From Patescibacteria group bacterium (GTDB lineage: Bacteria > Patescibacteriota > JACPGU01): a DNA stretch of 64,000 bases. A program made the position numbers and the translations under genes. Within the stretch, counting starts at the first letter, position 1. Each line of letters begins with the position of its first letter. Where the stretch lies: contig JAQULF010000001.1 in NCBI GenBank assembly GCA_028718745.1, positions 111,078 through 175,077 on the forward strand, given 5' to 3'. Of the stretch, positions 45,170 through 53,839 are shown piece by piece. The notes beneath the pieces are model-generated. The model did not search any database and had not been told where the DNA came from. It saw nothing but the letters and a program-made list of their open reading frames with translations.

Positions 45170-46003
45170 CTAAACTAATTTCTTTTTATCTTTGTTGGGT
45201 AAAAAATTATCCCTTGAAACAATTAGCCTTCCGGTTTTTCTCTCAATTTGTTTTCTTGCTGTTCCTGCAATTTGGCCACCGGCTCTGGCGTCATCTTTTA
45301 ATTTAGGGAGACCTTGAGACTCGCGAGTTCGATGTATTTCGGTTGTAGTTTTTTCTCCAAGCATGGTTAAAATAAGTTCAAGATCGTTCATATGGTCGCG
45401 AAGATTTTCTTTCTTTAATTCTTTCAATTTCTTATAATCAGATGGGATCAAACCAAAAGTAGCTTTTGATATTTCGGCTGTTAGTATCTCATAATCTTTC
45501 TGGTTTTCAGCTCCACGATTTTTCCATTCATCGGTTAGTTCTTCGCGAATCACAATTCCGCGTATTCTTTTTTCAATCCAATTTTCAGGATAGCCTTTTA
45601 GTTTGTACAGCATTCTCGTTCGCTTGGTTGCCAGTTCAGGATCTTCGATTTCTTGGATTCTTTCATAGCCAACACGAGCCAACCATCGTTTAAAGGGTTC
45701 AGCTTTTGATGAAGGAATAGATTGAACAACACGAAGAACCCCTTCGGTGTTGGCGCAATCTGTCTCACGCATTTTCCCATCTTCGGCAATCATTTTCAAC
45801 TGTTCCCAAAATGGGAACGGTTGAGACATCTCTCTATCTCTCTCCTTCATCTTCGCCCAATATGTTTTTGGTTGAGGGCTATCGGTTAAGATTTTTATAA
45901 CATCCAAAATAGAAAACCACCATTCTTGTTTGTGGATGGTTTTTCGAACTTTTTCGCCACGGAAAATGGCGATTTGGTTATTTGTGTTTAGATTGTCGAT
46001 CAT
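45170..46003 (-). CDS. DinD-like / Bro-N domain protein, paralog of 16236..17078
   Basis: …KAEPFKRWLARVGYERIQEIEDPELA…NLRDHMNDLELILTMLGEKTTTEI…AGTARKQIERKTGRLIVS, clearly alignable with 16236..17078. Confidence 0.65.
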   Translation of the reverse strand: MIDNLNTNNQIAIFRGEKVRKTIHKQEWWFSILDVIKILTDSPQPKTYWAKMKERDREMSQPFPFWEQLKMIAEDGKMRETDCANTEGVLRVVQSIPSSKAEPFKRWLARVGYERIQEIEDPELATKRTRMLYKLKGYPENWIEKRIRGIVIREELTDEWKNRGAENQKDYEILTAEISKATFGLIPSDYKKLKELKKENLRDHMNDLELILTMLGEKTTTEIHRTRESQGLPKLKDDARAGGQIAGTARKQIERKTGRLIVSRDNFLPNKDKKKLV

Positions 46004-46197
46004 AAAAACATCATATCACATTTTTTCATTTAACTCCCCGTAAGACTTAAAGATTTGTAACATTTTTCTGTTTTTATTATATATTATTTTTTTTGCAATC
46101 AAAGTACCTTTTTAATTTTTTTATGTTTTTAAATAGATGCACTTTACAAGAGGGAGATAGAGAGTAGAATAAAAACAAATAATGTTTTAAAAAAATT

Positions 46198-46401
46198 ATG
46201 GAGCCAATACAGGGATTAACCATCGATTCTATTATTAGCGCGCTCTTAAGCTTTGCCGTTTGGGCGGCTGGATTATTATCAATTGTCTTTATAATAGTTA
46301 GCGGGTTCTTTTTTATCACTTCGGGGGGAAACCCGGATGGGATAAAAAAAGGAAAAAGTGCCATTACTTATGCAATTATAGAGATTTGCGTAATATATTA
46401 A
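46198..46401 (+). CDS. truncated paralog of the VirB2/TrbC-like pilin 27971..28366 (lacks signal peptide)
   Basis: …FAVWAAGLLSIVFIIVSGFFFITSGGNPDGIKKGKSAITYAIIE vs …FAIWAAGLLSVVFIIIGGFQYITAGASKDGATKAKNTLTYAIIG. Confidence 0.35.
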   Translation: MEPIQGLTIDSIISALLSFAVWAAGLLSIVFIIVSGFFFITSGGNPDGIKKGKSAITYAIIEICVIY

Positions 46402-46832
46402 TTTTGAATATTCCTTTGAAGTTTTTTTAAGAAATCATTTATGGTTAAAATCTCTATATTTTGAAAACCTTTAATTTTTAACAAATGCTTATCTCCGGAA
46501 ATAATATATTTTGAGCCGCTTGCTAAAGCGCAATTGAGAAAAACATTATCAGTTGGATCGTCGCTTACAACATTAACCATATCTATATCTATATCCTGGT
46601 AAAGTTCAGAAAACTGCATTAAAAGAAATACCACATCATTTAAATCTATTTTCGCTTTTTCCAGCTGATTTTTTATTTTGGGATATTCCAAAACTCTTTT
46701 TATCTCATCCAAAATTTTAGGGGTTAGGCAAATCTCAATGCCTCCCTTTTCAATTAAATCAAAAAGAACTTTTGCATTACCTTTCCACAAAAGTCCTGAC
46801 ATAATTACATTTGTATCAAGAACTACTTTCAT
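46398..46832 (-). CDS. PIN-domain toxin (VapC-like) of a type II toxin-antitoxin pair
   Basis: MKVVLDTNVIMSGLL… (first acidic residue in DTNV), further conserved acidic residues (…SDDPTDNVFLNCA…); overlaps the upstream antitoxin-like ORF by a few nt. Confidence 0.7.
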   Translation of the reverse strand: MKVVLDTNVIMSGLLWKGNAKVLFDLIEKGGIEICLTPKILDEIKRVLEYPKIKNQLEKAKIDLNDVVFLLMQFSELYQDIDIDMVNVVSDDPTDNVFLNCALASGSKYIISGDKHLLKIKGFQNIEILTINDFLKKLQRNIQN

Positions 46833-46838
46833 ATATTT

Positions 46839-47054
46839 TTATTTTCTAGCGCTTTGAATGGCCAATTTAATATCTTTCGCGCTAATGTTTTTACCAACCT
46901 TTTTTAACTTCAGTTTTATAGATCTTAAATTTAACGGTTTTATCTTTTTCATTATCAAAGAATCTGAAGAAATAGAAATAAATACCCTAGCATTTTTCCA
47001 AGAATTAGGCAGTGGAAGGAAGTCTTTTTGAAGATTTATGCTCTTTGTTGTCAT
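46839..47054 (-). CDS. putative antitoxin partner of the PIN toxin (family unclear)
   Basis: 71-aa ORF immediately upstream and co-oriented with the PIN gene. Confidence 0.4.
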   Translation of the reverse strand: MTTKSINLQKDFLPLPNSWKNARVFISISSDSLIMKKIKPLNLRSIKLKLKKVGKNISAKDIKLAIQSARK

Positions 47055-47247
47055 GGTTTAACTTTAAGGTATGTGTAATATTTTGTCAATCAATTCTGAA
47101 AATAAAATTTTTTAACCCTTGCCTTTTTTAGAAAAACACTGTATAATAAGCCAAAATTAGTTTTCGAGGTGGTTTTCAAAACGCTTCTGAAAATAGTATC
47201 TTACCAAACTAAAACCCGGTCAACCCGGATGAAACAGGAGAAACGCC

Positions 47248-48120
47248 GTGAAAAAAATCATTGTGGTACTAGCTGTAATTCTGTTTGGCCTCTCGTTCTG
47301 TCTGAATGCGTCGGCCGTTGTTCCCAATAAAGACAAGGTCGTCGGGAAACCGGCCAATCCAAAGTTGATTGTCAAGATGGACAAAAGCAAGGCCGGCGGC
47401 AACATCGTTGTTTTTTCCGAAGATGGCGGCAAAACCTTTTACCCCATTTTCGACGGCGACGGGGTTTGCGACCAAAATGTTTTTGTCTGGTCGCCGGACG
47501 GCAAATATGTCTTCTGGATCAGCAGCGATATGAGCTGCGAAGCTCCCTTCCTCAAAGACGGGGTATGGCATCACTACGCTCGGCTGTATGATCCGGCCAA
47601 AAGAATACTATTTCTCTGGCCATCGTTGCCATCGGCTCCCAACTATCACCATACTCTGGGCGTGAACTGGGCAAAAGGGTCGGGGCATGACATTCTCATG
47701 AGGACAGCCGACAAGGGTCAGAATTCGGGAGAAACGATCGAGGCCACTGTTGATGAGTGGGAGAAAAATTCCTCTCGAGTGGATATGGATCCCTATCTCC
47801 AGTGGCTGGCTTCTTGGATCACCTCTGTTGTGAAAAAGAACCAGCTAGACGCTCTTTATTCCTTGACGAAAAACCTCCCCCCGAAGGAAGTTGACAGTAT
47901 CGCGATAATGAAAAAAGAATACAGCCCCAAAAACCTCAAAAGAATCTTCGTAAGAGAATTTGATTCTGATGAGGAAGGGGCAAGAGGGGTAGAAGTTCGC
48001 GTTAATACATTCTCAAACAACGCCTCCTATTTTTTTGAAATAGGCGTTGTTGTCAAAAATAAATTTCCGCTTCCGCCCGAAATAATTTCTTTCCGAATCG
48101 GGATGGAGGGAGGCGATTAG
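47248..48120 (+). CDS. hypothetical secreted protein (GC-richer than surroundings), GTG start
   Basis: Signal peptide MKKIIVVLAVILFGLSFCLNASA; promoter TTGCCT-17-TATAAT and RBS AGGAG upstream. Confidence 0.45.
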   Translation: MKKIIVVLAVILFGLSFCLNASAVVPNKDKVVGKPANPKLIVKMDKSKAGGNIVVFSEDGGKTFYPIFDGDGVCDQNVFVWSPDGKYVFWISSDMSCEAPFLKDGVWHHYARLYDPAKRILFLWPSLPSAPNYHHTLGVNWAKGSGHDILMRTADKGQNSGETIEATVDEWEKNSSRVDMDPYLQWLASWITSVVKKNQLDALYSLTKNLPPKEVDSIAIMKKEYSPKNLKRIFVREFDSDEEGARGVEVRVNTFSNNASYFFEIGVVVKNKFPLPPEIISFRIGMEGGD

Positions 48121-48176
48121 ACACAATCTCTGCAAATGGCAAATCAAGAAAAACGGGCTTCCCAGAAGCCCGTTTT

Positions 48177-49472
48177 TTAGCGCCCATTATTAGAAAAATG
48201 AACACAGTCAGAGCCGGTATAAAAATCACCGCTCGGGGTATTGCAGCCGTTGAAATGTATAAGTGCGTAGTTAAACAGAAAGCCCACTAGTTTTTTACTG
48301 CAATGAGCCATGTTGCATTCATAATCTCCGGAGCCGTAAATATCCACTCCTTGACCGCCATTATGGTTTGATTCTCCCGGTTTTGCGGCAATTGTTCCGC
48401 CATTCAAATAATCTTGATAAAGATTTTTTTGGTGTTCACAATTTCGGTAGGCTGACTGTATGCTGAAACATTTACCACAAGCTTGAGAAGCCTTTTTTAA
48501 AGCTTCAGCCATATTGTAGGTTATATATCTTGGTGGATCGGTTACATTTATTAGACTGGTATCAATCGGAACTAATAATAATTTATCAACCACCGCTTGG
48601 CATATTTTATAGTTATTACCATAAGTACCTACTTCTTTACAATTCTCTTCTAAATAACAACTATTATTTGGTCCGACAGATGGTATCACGGCTTTTTCAC
48701 ACTTTACATTTTCCATTCTGGTCGCTTGATTTTCAGCTCGGCTGGTAGTTTGGTCGTAGAGCCTAGAATCTCTTATCTGGTTGGCAGCTTCCGGGAAGTT
48801 CGGAGGAGATGCTTGCAGTGCCGCAATCATATCTTTAAATTTCCTAAGTCCAGCCTCTCCCAATTGAAAGCGCATTTCTACTAGAATTTGCTTAGCTGAA
48901 CCGGGAAGGGAATCATAAGTGTCTTGCCCGACTATGCTCGCAGCGCTTGCTTGAAGAGAGCTAAGATCGCTACTAAAAATAGCATCGGCTTGATCTTGAG
49001 TTATAGTGGGAGCTCCGGAACATTGAGCTTTTGCATCAGGACAGCATTTACTAATAAAGTCTGCCGGATCCATATTTGTAGCACTTGTAAAACTACTGTT
49101 GCTTCCGCCTTCCAGATTGTGTCCATAACCAATAGTACATTTTTTGTTAGTATCTTTATAGGGGTAAAGCCTCAATCCCTCATCGCTTTGCAACTGTTGT
49201 TTTAACGCGCTTGTATCTAGACTTGATCCAGCGCAGCCATAAGATCCTCCCGCTCCGCCTCCGCCAGTGTCCCCGCCCTGTCCCAACTTGCAGGCCAGAT
49301 CAAAAGCCTCCTGCGTTTTGCCAGTTAGAACTACATCTAAGGCTACACGCCAATTGCAGACTCGCTCAAAATGGCTTTTGACGACTCCCAGCATTATGAC
49401 AAACAGAAGAATAGGAATAAAAATTCCCACAATAACTATGGCAATAGCTGCAGCTTTTTGAACACTGTACAT
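48177..49472 (-). CDS. membrane-anchored bifunctional peptidoglycan hydrolase: GH24 phage-type lysozyme domain + M15 (VanY-like) D-Ala-D-Ala carboxypeptidase domain
   Basis: N-terminal TM; EGLRLYPYKDTNKKCTIGYGHNL (T4-lysozyme-like catalytic Glu + TIGYGH); Gly-rich linker; C-terminal …AAKPGESNHNGGQGVDIYG (M15 H/D zinc-ligand motif). Confidence 0.65.
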   Translation of the reverse strand: MYSVQKAAAIAIVIVGIFIPILLFVIMLGVVKSHFERVCNWRVALDVVLTGKTQEAFDLACKLGQGGDTGGGGAGGSYGCAGSSLDTSALKQQLQSDEGLRLYPYKDTNKKCTIGYGHNLEGGSNSSFTSATNMDPADFISKCCPDAKAQCSGAPTITQDQADAIFSSDLSSLQASAASIVGQDTYDSLPGSAKQILVEMRFQLGEAGLRKFKDMIAALQASPPNFPEAANQIRDSRLYDQTTSRAENQATRMENVKCEKAVIPSVGPNNSCYLEENCKEVGTYGNNYKICQAVVDKLLLVPIDTSLINVTDPPRYITYNMAEALKKASQACGKCFSIQSAYRNCEHQKNLYQDYLNGGTIAAKPGESNHNGGQGVDIYGSGDYECNMAHCSKKLVGFLFNYALIHFNGCNTPSGDFYTGSDCVHFSNNGR

Positions 49473-49482
49473 TTTGGTTTTT

Positions 49483-51084
49483 TTAGATTCCTTTTTCTAG
49501 CGCTAACTGATATACCCCATCGTTATTTAAAATATAGATTCTTCCATTTCCGGAAAGAATGGATTTGATATTTCCCGGCAGGGTATCTTTTTGGTAATTA
49601 ACCGTCTCTTTAACGCCGGAAATTTTAATTAGCATCAAACTATTATCAGAAGATGACAAAGCAACAAAGCTTTGATTATCTATCCAAGAACAATTCGCTA
49701 GATTTCCTTGCAATTTCAAATCAAGTGTTGTCGAACCTTCAGCGGCGCTAAAATCATAAAGCATAATATTGTTTCCGGATTGATAAATCAGCTTGCTGCC
49801 ATCAGGAGAGAACTGTGCGCCGGTAGATATGCCATCCTCGGTTATTTTGAGAATTGTGCGGGTTTCAAAACTATAAGCATAAACATTGACCTCCTTTGCA
49901 TTGCTGTTAGCTCCGTTTTCCATATTGGCAAAAATAGCCACTCTTTTTCCGTCTGGAGACCAGACCACATCCGGTTCAAATTCAACTGTTTTTATAGCCG
50001 GAATAATAACTTCATAATTGGATCCATCCGGATTGGCGATAGCAAAATCTTTGACCAAATCATTTTGGAAAAGATAGACAATCTTGTCTCCTTGCGGACT
50101 GAAAGAAACATTTTTGATAGGAGGCTGAAGATCTTTTGTGGTGATATTAAGCAGATCGGTTCGATCCAGATTTACCAGCCAATTGAGCTTGGTTCCATCC
50201 CCATATTTTTCAAGGTAAGGTATTTGGGCTACTTTGGACTTGGCCGAATTGGTTACCTTTACGACAAGCTGTCGAGAAGTGGGCGACCAGGCAACTTTGC
50301 TTACTTGTTCAATTGCTTCTATCATAGTCGTTTCTTTCTGATTGGCAAAATTGTATTCCTTGAGATTGTATCCCGCATCAGTTTTGTCAAAATAGGAGAG
50401 TGAATCAATCTCTTTATTATAATTCGCAAAAAATACTTCTTTATCAATAACCTTTTCTATCTTTTGATAAGCTGAAAATTGAAATGACAGGGTATAATTA
50501 TTATTGCCCGGAGAAACACTGATGGTTTTTTGCAGATCGGCAAAACCTTCTTTTCGAGCTGTAACAATATGATCTCCTTTGGAGAGGATCAGCTGGTAGG
50601 GAGAAGTAATGTTTTTATATTCCATGCCGTCGACAAGAAGACTGAATCCCGCTTGATTGGCGGAAACAGTAACGGCGATTTTTTTATTGATAGAATAAAA
50701 ATAATAAGCAGTGCCGCCGACCAGAACCAATAGAAATACAGCTACGGCTGCTGCGATTAGGTTTCTCTTAAGTTTAGGGTTAGCGGCTTTTCTAATCATA
50801 ACCGCCTTGGCTTTTTCTTCCTTCTGAAAAGCCTCTTTGATAGGGGAACTGGTTACCGACTCTTTCGGCAACTCAACCTTATTGTTGCCAAAATAGAAAT
50901 CTTCTTTTTTTGCTTCTTGAGACGGAATAGTGTCTTGGTTCACCTTTGGGAAACCTGTCGAAAGACTATCCTTGCCCCCTGTGGATAAGTCTGGATCTGG
51001 TAATTTGATTTCTGGTGAAATGGGTATATTTCGACTGGATTCTTCTTCGCTTGACCCTTGCGGGCTTGTATTTGTGTCTTCCAC
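49483..51084 (-). CDS. membrane-anchored PEGA-domain + TolB-like beta-propeller protein
   Basis: TM helix; PEGA-like LLVDGMEYKNITSPYQLILSKGDHIVTARKEGF; repeated WSPDGK / FSPDGS / FSPQGD blades. Confidence 0.55.
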   Translation of the reverse strand: MEDTNTSPQGSSEEESSRNIPISPEIKLPDPDLSTGGKDSLSTGFPKVNQDTIPSQEAKKEDFYFGNNKVELPKESVTSSPIKEAFQKEEKAKAVMIRKAANPKLKRNLIAAAVAVFLLVLVGGTAYYFYSINKKIAVTVSANQAGFSLLVDGMEYKNITSPYQLILSKGDHIVTARKEGFADLQKTISVSPGNNNYTLSFQFSAYQKIEKVIDKEVFFANYNKEIDSLSYFDKTDAGYNLKEYNFANQKETTMIEAIEQVSKVAWSPTSRQLVVKVTNSAKSKVAQIPYLEKYGDGTKLNWLVNLDRTDLLNITTKDLQPPIKNVSFSPQGDKIVYLFQNDLVKDFAIANPDGSNYEVIIPAIKTVEFEPDVVWSPDGKRVAIFANMENGANSNAKEVNVYAYSFETRTILKITEDGISTGAQFSPDGSKLIYQSGNNIMLYDFSAAEGSTTLDLKLQGNLANCSWIDNQSFVALSSSDNSLMLIKISGVKETVNYQKDTLPGNIKSILSGNGRIYILNNDGVYQLALEKGI

Positions 51085-51228
51085 TTTTCGCCTCCTTTTT
51101 TGTTTTAGAATATGAAAAAACCGCTAATCAAAGCTATTTTTTCAGATTATATTTAATTTTTATTTTTTAATCTCGTTCTTTGGGTGATTATAACACATTT
51201 TTTATAAATCAAGTATCATTTGAAATTC

Positions 51229-51257
51229 TTGACAAAGTCGCTTTTCTGTGATACAAT
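51229..51257 (+). promoter_or_regulatory. sigma70-like promoter TTGACA-17-TACAAT for the GGDEF gene
   Basis: cTTGACAaagtcgcttttctgtgaTACAATg. Confidence 0.5.
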
Positions 51258-51300
51258 GTCCTAATTTCAAAAAATCAAAAAAGATTTCTTGAAAGAAAAT

Positions 51301-51332
51301 CCCAGTCAAATCTTGCTTCGCAATTTGACGGG
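51301..51332 (+). promoter_or_regulatory. variant copy of the conserved hairpin leader motif (CCCAGTCAAAT…ATTTGACGGG + ATAAAACAAAA), within the 5' UTR 12 nt upstream of the ATG at 51344
   Basis: Same arms (GTCAAAT/ATTTGAC) as copies at 25565 and 27916; lies ~45 nt downstream of the predicted -10, so it is transcribed. Confidence 0.5.
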
Positions 51333-51343
51333 ATAAAACAAAA

Positions 51344-52210
51344 ATGAAAAACACAACACTAAACAATTTAATCTCCGATACCGTAGCCAGTAAAAGGGTT
51401 CAGGAATTTGTTGGTAAAACCGCACTATCTTTGAACGGTAAAAGAAGTCTAACCAGACTATCGGATATGGCGGTTTTGAAACCCGAAGACATCTTGTCAT
51501 TATTTCACCAAAAGAAATTGAATGAAAAAGATACCATGTTCTGGCTAGGTGTGCTGGCCGTTAATGCCGAGGAAAAAGCCAAAAAGCACGAACAGTTGGC
51601 GACTATGGATGAATTAACCCAGGTCTATAATCGCAGGGCTTTTATCGATAATCTTTCCAAAGAACTTTCTCGCTTGAGATCAAAACATCTGCAGATTCAA
51701 AAACTGCTTGAGGAACCGATGACTTTGACTTTGATGATTGTGGATATCGACTTCTTCAAAAAAGTTAACGACAAATACGGCCATCTTGCCGGCGACCAAG
51801 CTTTAAGAGGCGTAGCTGATGTTTTGAAGAAACAAGTTAGAGATACTGATTCAGTGTTTAGATATGGCGGTGAGGAATTTACTATTGTTATGCCGGACAC
51901 TCCTCGTGAAGAAGCGCTGGATGCGGCCAAAAGAATTAATCGAGCAATTGCAAAAGCCAACATCTTAATTAATCAAAGAAAGAAGAAATATATTAAAGCA
52001 ACTGTCAGTGTCGGTGTTACTTCAATCGATGGTCACCAACTAGCTGATATGAAGGTAACCGATATGATGATTCCAAAAATGATTGCACAAGCCGACGAAG
52101 CGCTCTATTTTGCCAAAGGCAACGGCAGAAATCAAGTAACGATGTGGACAAAGAAAATTAGAAACGCTTTGAAGAACGGAAAAATAGTTAAAAAGTCACG
52201 CTACGCGTGA
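51344..52210 (+). CDS. GGDEF-domain diguanylate cyclase
   Basis: LTQVYNRRAF…MIVDIDFFKKVNDKYGHLAGDQALR…FRYGGEEFTIVMPDT (GGEEF active site). Confidence 0.85.
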   Translation: MKNTTLNNLISDTVASKRVQEFVGKTALSLNGKRSLTRLSDMAVLKPEDILSLFHQKKLNEKDTMFWLGVLAVNAEEKAKKHEQLATMDELTQVYNRRAFIDNLSKELSRLRSKHLQIQKLLEEPMTLTLMIVDIDFFKKVNDKYGHLAGDQALRGVADVLKKQVRDTDSVFRYGGEEFTIVMPDTPREEALDAAKRINRAIAKANILINQRKKKYIKATVSVGVTSIDGHQLADMKVTDMMIPKMIAQADEALYFAKGNGRNQVTMWTKKIRNALKNGKIVKKSRYA

Positions 52211-52246
52211 TCAGGCGAAGCCCGAAAATCATGTAAGTTGTAATAG

Positions 52247-52276
52247 AAAACTCCCCGAGAAATCGGAGAGTTTTTT
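52247..52276 (+). terminator. intrinsic terminator ACTCCCCGA-gaaa-TCGGAGAGT + TTTTTT
   Basis: aaaACTCCCCGAgaaaTCGGAGAGTtttttaatg after the GGDEF stop. Confidence 0.6.
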
Positions 52277-52374
52277 AATGGCTTGCCCCGCGTTTAGGCG
52301 GGGAAAAATCCTCTATTCTTTTATTTTGGAATTGTTATAATGAAACCACAAGGCGAAAGGGCCAGGTTTTTGCT

Positions 52375-52707
52375 TTGAAAGGGATAAATAAATTTATGAG
52401 GAACAGCGGAAAAAACATTATTGGTAAAAAGATAAATATCCCAAGATTTTGCCAAAAAAATGGCATTAAATATCTTGGTCTTTTTGGTTCCTATGCCAGA
52501 GGTGATTATAGTAAAGATAGTGATATAGATTTGCTTTATGAATTTGAAAAAGGGAAAATAAAAAGTCTATTTGGGTTAGCTGATATACAGATTTCTCTAG
52601 AAAAAAAACTTGGCAAAAAGGTGGATTTAGTTGGAAGAAACTATATTAAGGAAAGACTGAAACCATATATCTATGAAGATTTATTGACCATCTATGAAAA
52701 GAGATAG
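52375..52707 (+). CDS. nucleotidyltransferase antitoxin (MNT/MntA-like) of a HepT-MNT toxin-antitoxin pair
   Basis: GSYARGD…DSDIDLL minimal nucleotidyltransferase motif. Confidence 0.75.
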   Translation: MKGINKFMRNSGKNIIGKKINIPRFCQKNGIKYLGLFGSYARGDYSKDSDIDLLYEFEKGKIKSLFGLADIQISLEKKLGKKVDLVGRNYIKERLKPYIYEDLLTIYEKR

Positions 52708-53032
52708 AAGCTTATATTGTGAAGATATTTTAAATGCCATAGAGACAATTGGCCTATATATTAAAGGTATCAATTTTGTTGAGTTTTCCAAAAATATCTT
52801 AATTCAAGACGGGGTCATAAGAAGATTTATAGTTATCGGAGAAGCTCTGGCAAAATTAAAATATAATACTGCCGAAGATGACCCGGACTTACCGTTAATT
52901 CAAGCAATTTCGATGAGAAATTTTTTAGTTCATGAATATTATTCCGTTGATTTAGATATAGTTTGGAAAACCGCTAAAGAGGATCTGGAAGAACTTGAAG
53001 AAAAAATTAAAAAACTTTTAGAAACATATTAA
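52694..53032 (+). CDS. HepT-like (DUF86, HEPN) toxin
   Basis: …RNFLVHEY… R-x4-HxY HEPN motif; overlaps the MNT gene by 14 nt. Confidence 0.75.
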   Translation: MKRDRSLYCEDILNAIETIGLYIKGINFVEFSKNILIQDGVIRRFIVIGEALAKLKYNTAEDDPDLPLIQAISMRNFLVHEYYSVDLDIVWKTAKEDLEELEEKIKKLLETY

Positions 53033-53045
53033 CATTAATGAAAGA

Positions 53046-53375
53046 TTGCTAGATAAATCTAATGAAATAAAAACAAAAACATTGACAAAGTATATACTTT
53101 GTCATAAAATGAATATGAAGGAAATTAGATGGAATGAAGAAAAAAACAAGTGGCTAAAAGAAGAAAGAAATGTTTGTTTTGAAGATTTTGTAGATGATAT
53201 AAAAAACAAAAGATATGTTGCCGAAGTTGATAACAAAAACTATTTAAACCAAAGAAAATTTTTTATTGAGAAAAATGCTTATATCTATGTGATTCCTTAT
53301 GTGGAAAATGACCATGAATTTTTTTTAAAAACAATAATGCCTAGCCGAAAGGCTACTAAACAATACTTAAAATAG
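53046..53375 (+). CDS. BrnT-family (DUF497) ribonuclease toxin (true start possibly the internal Met at ~53109)
   Basis: …EIRWNEEKNKWLKEERNVCFEDF…YIYVIPYVENDHEFFLKTIMPSRKATKQY matches the BrnT pattern (WDeeKn..n..kHgvsFe…RiISaRkAtk.E). Confidence 0.65.
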   Translation: MLDKSNEIKTKTLTKYILCHKMNMKEIRWNEEKNKWLKEERNVCFEDFVDDIKNKRYVAEVDNKNYLNQRKFFIEKNAYIYVIPYVENDHEFFLKTIMPSRKATKQYLK

Positions 53376-53387
53376 GAAGGAAAATTT

Positions 53388-53723
53388 ATGCAAAAAAAAA
53401 TAAAGTTTGGTGTAAAAGATTTAGAATTTGACATGGATGCGCTGGATGAAGAGGAAAAACAAATTGTTCGCGATATGAAAGCTGGAAATTATAATATAGT
53501 ACCAATTTCTAATGCAAGAAGAAGAGAGCTGGAACAAGCTGCTAAAAATACTTTGAAAAGATTGGAAAAAGAAAAGAAAGAAAAAAACATAAATATTCGC
53601 TTGGCAGAACGAGATCTTAACAGCTTGAAATCCAAAGCGCTTAAAAGCGGATTGCCGTACCAAACCTTGATTGGCGTTTTGATCCGACAATATAATGATA
53701 ATAAGATAGAAATAAAGGTTTAA
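53388..53723 (+). CDS. BrnA-type antitoxin
   Basis: …INIRLAERDLNSLKSKALKSGLPYQTLIGVLIRQY… characteristic BrnA C-terminus; directly downstream of the BrnT-like gene. Confidence 0.65.
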   Translation: MQKKIKFGVKDLEFDMDALDEEEKQIVRDMKAGNYNIVPISNARRRELEQAAKNTLKRLEKEKKEKNINIRLAERDLNSLKSKALKSGLPYQTLIGVLIRQYNDNKIEIKV

Positions 53724-53839
53724 ATAAAAAGGACTCCCCGTCCAAAAGTGTAGTGTATAAACTACGGCGGAAAGCCTTTATGAGAACATAAAGGCATACA
53801 AATCAAAACAAGTCAACAATTTTTTAGAGTGAGGGCATA

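Noticed and set aside
38992-45173. Plus-strand ORFs inside the giant gene (e.g. 39895..40191, 43975..44259, 44399..44686)
   Set aside because: Antisense shadows within a continuous 6.7-kb minus-strand ORF.
46077-46364. Minus-strand ORF 95 aa
   Set aside because: Overlaps the pilin-like paralog 46198..46401, which has clear homology to 27971..28366.
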